Assembly (NCBI GenBank): GCA_051294375.1 | Contig: JBJCIZ010001283.1 | Span: forward strand, 1 to 12,351 | Direction: 5' to 3' | Origin: Paraspadella gotoi | Taxonomy: Eukaryota; Animalia; Chaetognatha | Length of the DNA stretch: 12,351 nt | In this document: piece after piece, positions 9,642-12,351 of the stretch | Position numbering within the stretch: position 1 is the first letter of the stretch | Layout: every line of letters begins with the position of its first letter | Notes under the pieces: generated by a model | Told to the model about the DNA's origin: nothing | Database searches by the model: none | The model's input: only the letters and a program-made list of their open reading frames with translations | Translations under genes and position numbers: made by a program

Positions 9642-12351
9642 TAGAATCCGGTTTCCGTTTTAAATAGCATCTTTTTTTTAAAGTATTCATTTCCCAATAA
9701 AACTATCATTGTTTACTTTTAAATATCAACATTTTTTAAATATCATCAAGTAATAAATCGGTTTTTCTTTGAAATATCATTTTTACAAATAAACTATCAT
9801 CGTTTCTACTTGTTAACATCATCCTTTTTTAAATATCATCAAACTCCTAAATCGGTTTCCTTTTTAAATATCATCTTTTTTAAATATCATCTTTCTTTTA
9901 AATATCATCATTTTTTAAATATCAGTAACTCCCTAAATCGGTTCCTGTTAAATATCAAATTTTTACCAAATAAATATATCGGTGTTTACTTCTTAAACTA
10001 TCATCACTTTTTAACATATCATCAATGCCTAAACGGTTTTCACCTTTTAAATATCATTTCTTTTTTTATAAATAAAACATTTCTCCAATAACTATTATCC
10101 GTGATTTTACTTTTTAAACTATCAACTTTTTTAAATATCATCAACAGAAAAATAAATCGGTTTTCTCCTTTTAAATATCATTTTTCCAAATTAAACTATC
10201 ATCGGTAGTTTTACTTTTAACATATCAGTCCCCACTTTTTAATATCATTCAACTCCTAAATCGGTTTTCCTTTCTTAGCAATATCAATCTTTATTTAAAT
10301 ATCATTTCTACAAATAACTATCACTCCGGTTTTACTTTTAAATATCATCATTTTTTAAATCATCATCAGACTATAAAATCTGTTTCCTTTTAAATATCAT
10401 TTCTCCAAAAAACCTATCATCCGTGTTTTACTGTTAAATCATCAGTTTTTAAATATACACAACTAATAACTGTTTCCTTTCTAAATATCCATTTCTCCAA
10501 ATAACTAATCATCCGTGTTTACTTTAAAATATTCATCTTTATTTTAATATCATACCCACTACTAAATCCGGTTTCCTTATTTTAACACTACCATTTGTCC
10601 AAGATAACTAATCATCGGTTTTTTTTTTACTTTTAACGTACATCGCTTTTTTAAATATCCAATCAACTAATTAAATCGGTTCTCTTTTAAATATCATCTT
10701 TTTTTAAATTATCATTTTACTTTTAAATATCATCATTTTTTAAATAATCAAGTAACCTACTAAACTGGTTTCCTTTTAAAATATTCGTTTTTTCCAAAAT
10801 AATATCATCGTTTTTTAGCTATTTAACTCATACACGTTTTTAAATATCATCAACCCTAAACGGTCTTCCTTCTTTAATCATCATCTTATTTTTTTAAATA
10901 TCATTTCTACAAATAAACGAAATCATCCGTGTTGACTTAATATCAGGGTCATTTTTTTTTAAATATCATTCAACCTAAAGTAAATCGGTTTCCTTTAGAA
11001 TATCCATTTCCACAATTAACCTAATATCATCGGTCACTTTAACTATCAATACTTTTTAAATATCAATCAACTTCCTAAATCGCGTTTTCCCTTTTAAAAC
11101 ATCTTTAATTTAATATCATTTCTCGCAAAAACTATTATTCCGTTTTACTTTTAAATGATTCAACATTTTTTAAATATCATCAGAATTAAAATCGGTTTTC
11201 TTTTAAAATATCATTTATTACAAATGAAACTATCATCGGTTTTACTTTTAACTATCATCCTTTTTAAATTCCAGCAAAACTCCTTAAATCGTTCCTTTTT
11301 TAAATATCATCCTTTTTTTTAAATATCATTTTACTTTTAAAATATCCATGCATTTTTTAAATATCAGTAACCCCTTAAATCGGTTGCTTTTTAAATATCA
11401 TTTTCCAAATAACTATCACGGGTGTTTTACTTTTAACTATCATCACTTTTTAAAATATCATCAATCCTTAAATCGGTTTCCTTTTAAATATCATCTTTTT
11501 TTTAAAATATCATTGTTCTCAATAACTACTCACTATCTTCCGTTGATTACCTTTTACAAATAACCCATCATCCTATCATTTTTAAATATCAGTGTAAACT
11601 ACTTAAATCGGTTTGTCTTCTTAAATATCTATTTTTTCCAAAAAAATAATAATCAGCGGTTTTTTACTTTAACTGATTCATGTCCTTTTTTTAAAATATC
11701 ATCAACTCCTAAATCGGTTGTCCTTTAAATATCATCCTTTTTTTAAATATATTTACTTTTAAATATCTCAGTTTTTAAATATCAGTAACTCTGAAATTGG
11801 TTGTCCTTTTAAAATATCATTGTTTCCAAATAACTATCCTCCGGTTTTTACTTAATATTCATCACCTTTTAAATTCATCAACTTTCTAAATCGGTTCCTT
11901 TAAATATCATCTTTTAAATGTCATTTTTACTTATAAATAATTATCATTTTTTTCAAATCAGTAACTACTAAATCATTTCCTTTTAAATTATCTTTTCCGA
12001 AATAACTATCATCGTTTTTACTTTTAACTATCACCTTTTTTTAAATATCATCAACTCTAAATCGTTTACTCGTTCATAAACACTCTCATCTCTCTCTTTA
12101 TATCCATAATTATATACTTTAAATATCTAATCAAATAATAATATATATATAAAATAATCAGTAAAACTCCCCCTACAATCCAAAGATTCTAACATATTAA
12201 AATATCAATTTTTCCAAAATAAGCCTATCTCTCCCGGAACCATCATTGATCTTTTACTAATATACCACCCTCTCATCACAATTACATTAAATTCAATACC
12301 ATACCTAACCATATTAGATACCAGGTTAAATATCATCTCGTATAAATAAAT

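Larger units (their letters stand above)
3117..12351. repeat. Complex AT-rich tandem satellite array, ~85 monomers of 85-110 bp in four structural variants, with higher-order organisation; runs off the right edge
   Basis: The anchor TAAATCGGTTTCCTTTTAAATATCAT recurs every ~85-135 nt from ~3445 to ~12175. Eye consensus of type A (93 bp): taaatcggtttccttttaaatatcatttttccaaataactatcatcggttttttacttttaactatcatcactttttaaatatcatcaactcc. Type D has the same length with catttctcc/ccgtg. Type B is D plus an extra ~17-18 bp aaatatcatc(t)7-8 block. Type C is B minus ~25 bp and ends in cagtaact(a/c)c. Both ends (3117-3550, 12060-12351) are strongly degenerate, so the boundaries are approximate. Confidence 0.97.

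Noticed and set aside
3870-11563. ORFs 3870-4172, 8365-8592, 9810-10091 and 11348-11563
   Set aside because: They are chance open frames through the noisy satellite, translating to F/L/N/I/K/Y/H-rich repeats. The consensus A monomer has stops in all six frames under the standard code.
3117-12351. CRISPR array (regularly spaced TAAATCGGTTTCC repeats)
   Set aside because: The intervening sequences are themselves repeated variants, not unique spacers. There are no cas genes or leader, and the context is eukaryotic-like.

Overview
AT-rich, eukaryotic-looking (probably invertebrate) genomic DNA with no protein-coding gene, RNA gene or CRISPR array that I can recognise. Bases 1-~3115 are a non-array flank. 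It holds a ~275 bp foldback/MITE-like element with two symmetric pairs of inverted repeats (1365-1637), a palindromic double-CCAAT cluster (2313-2355), the 5' block of a DINE-1/Helentron-associated (HINE)-like element (2615-~2745) and a Cys-rich ORF remnant that may be a piggyBac-type C-terminal domain. Bases ~3117-12351 are a complex tandem satellite of roughly 85 monomers in four structural types (A ~93, B ~110, C ~85, D ~93 bp). Read by eye, the monomers form a 17-mer higher-order repeat (B A C A B A B D D A C A B D A C A), present as two complete copies plus rearranged or truncated copies. The array carries dense, mostly insertion-type noise typical of an uncorrected long read, while the left flank looks accurate. 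Consensus sequences, monomer lengths and counts were derived by eye and are approximate.
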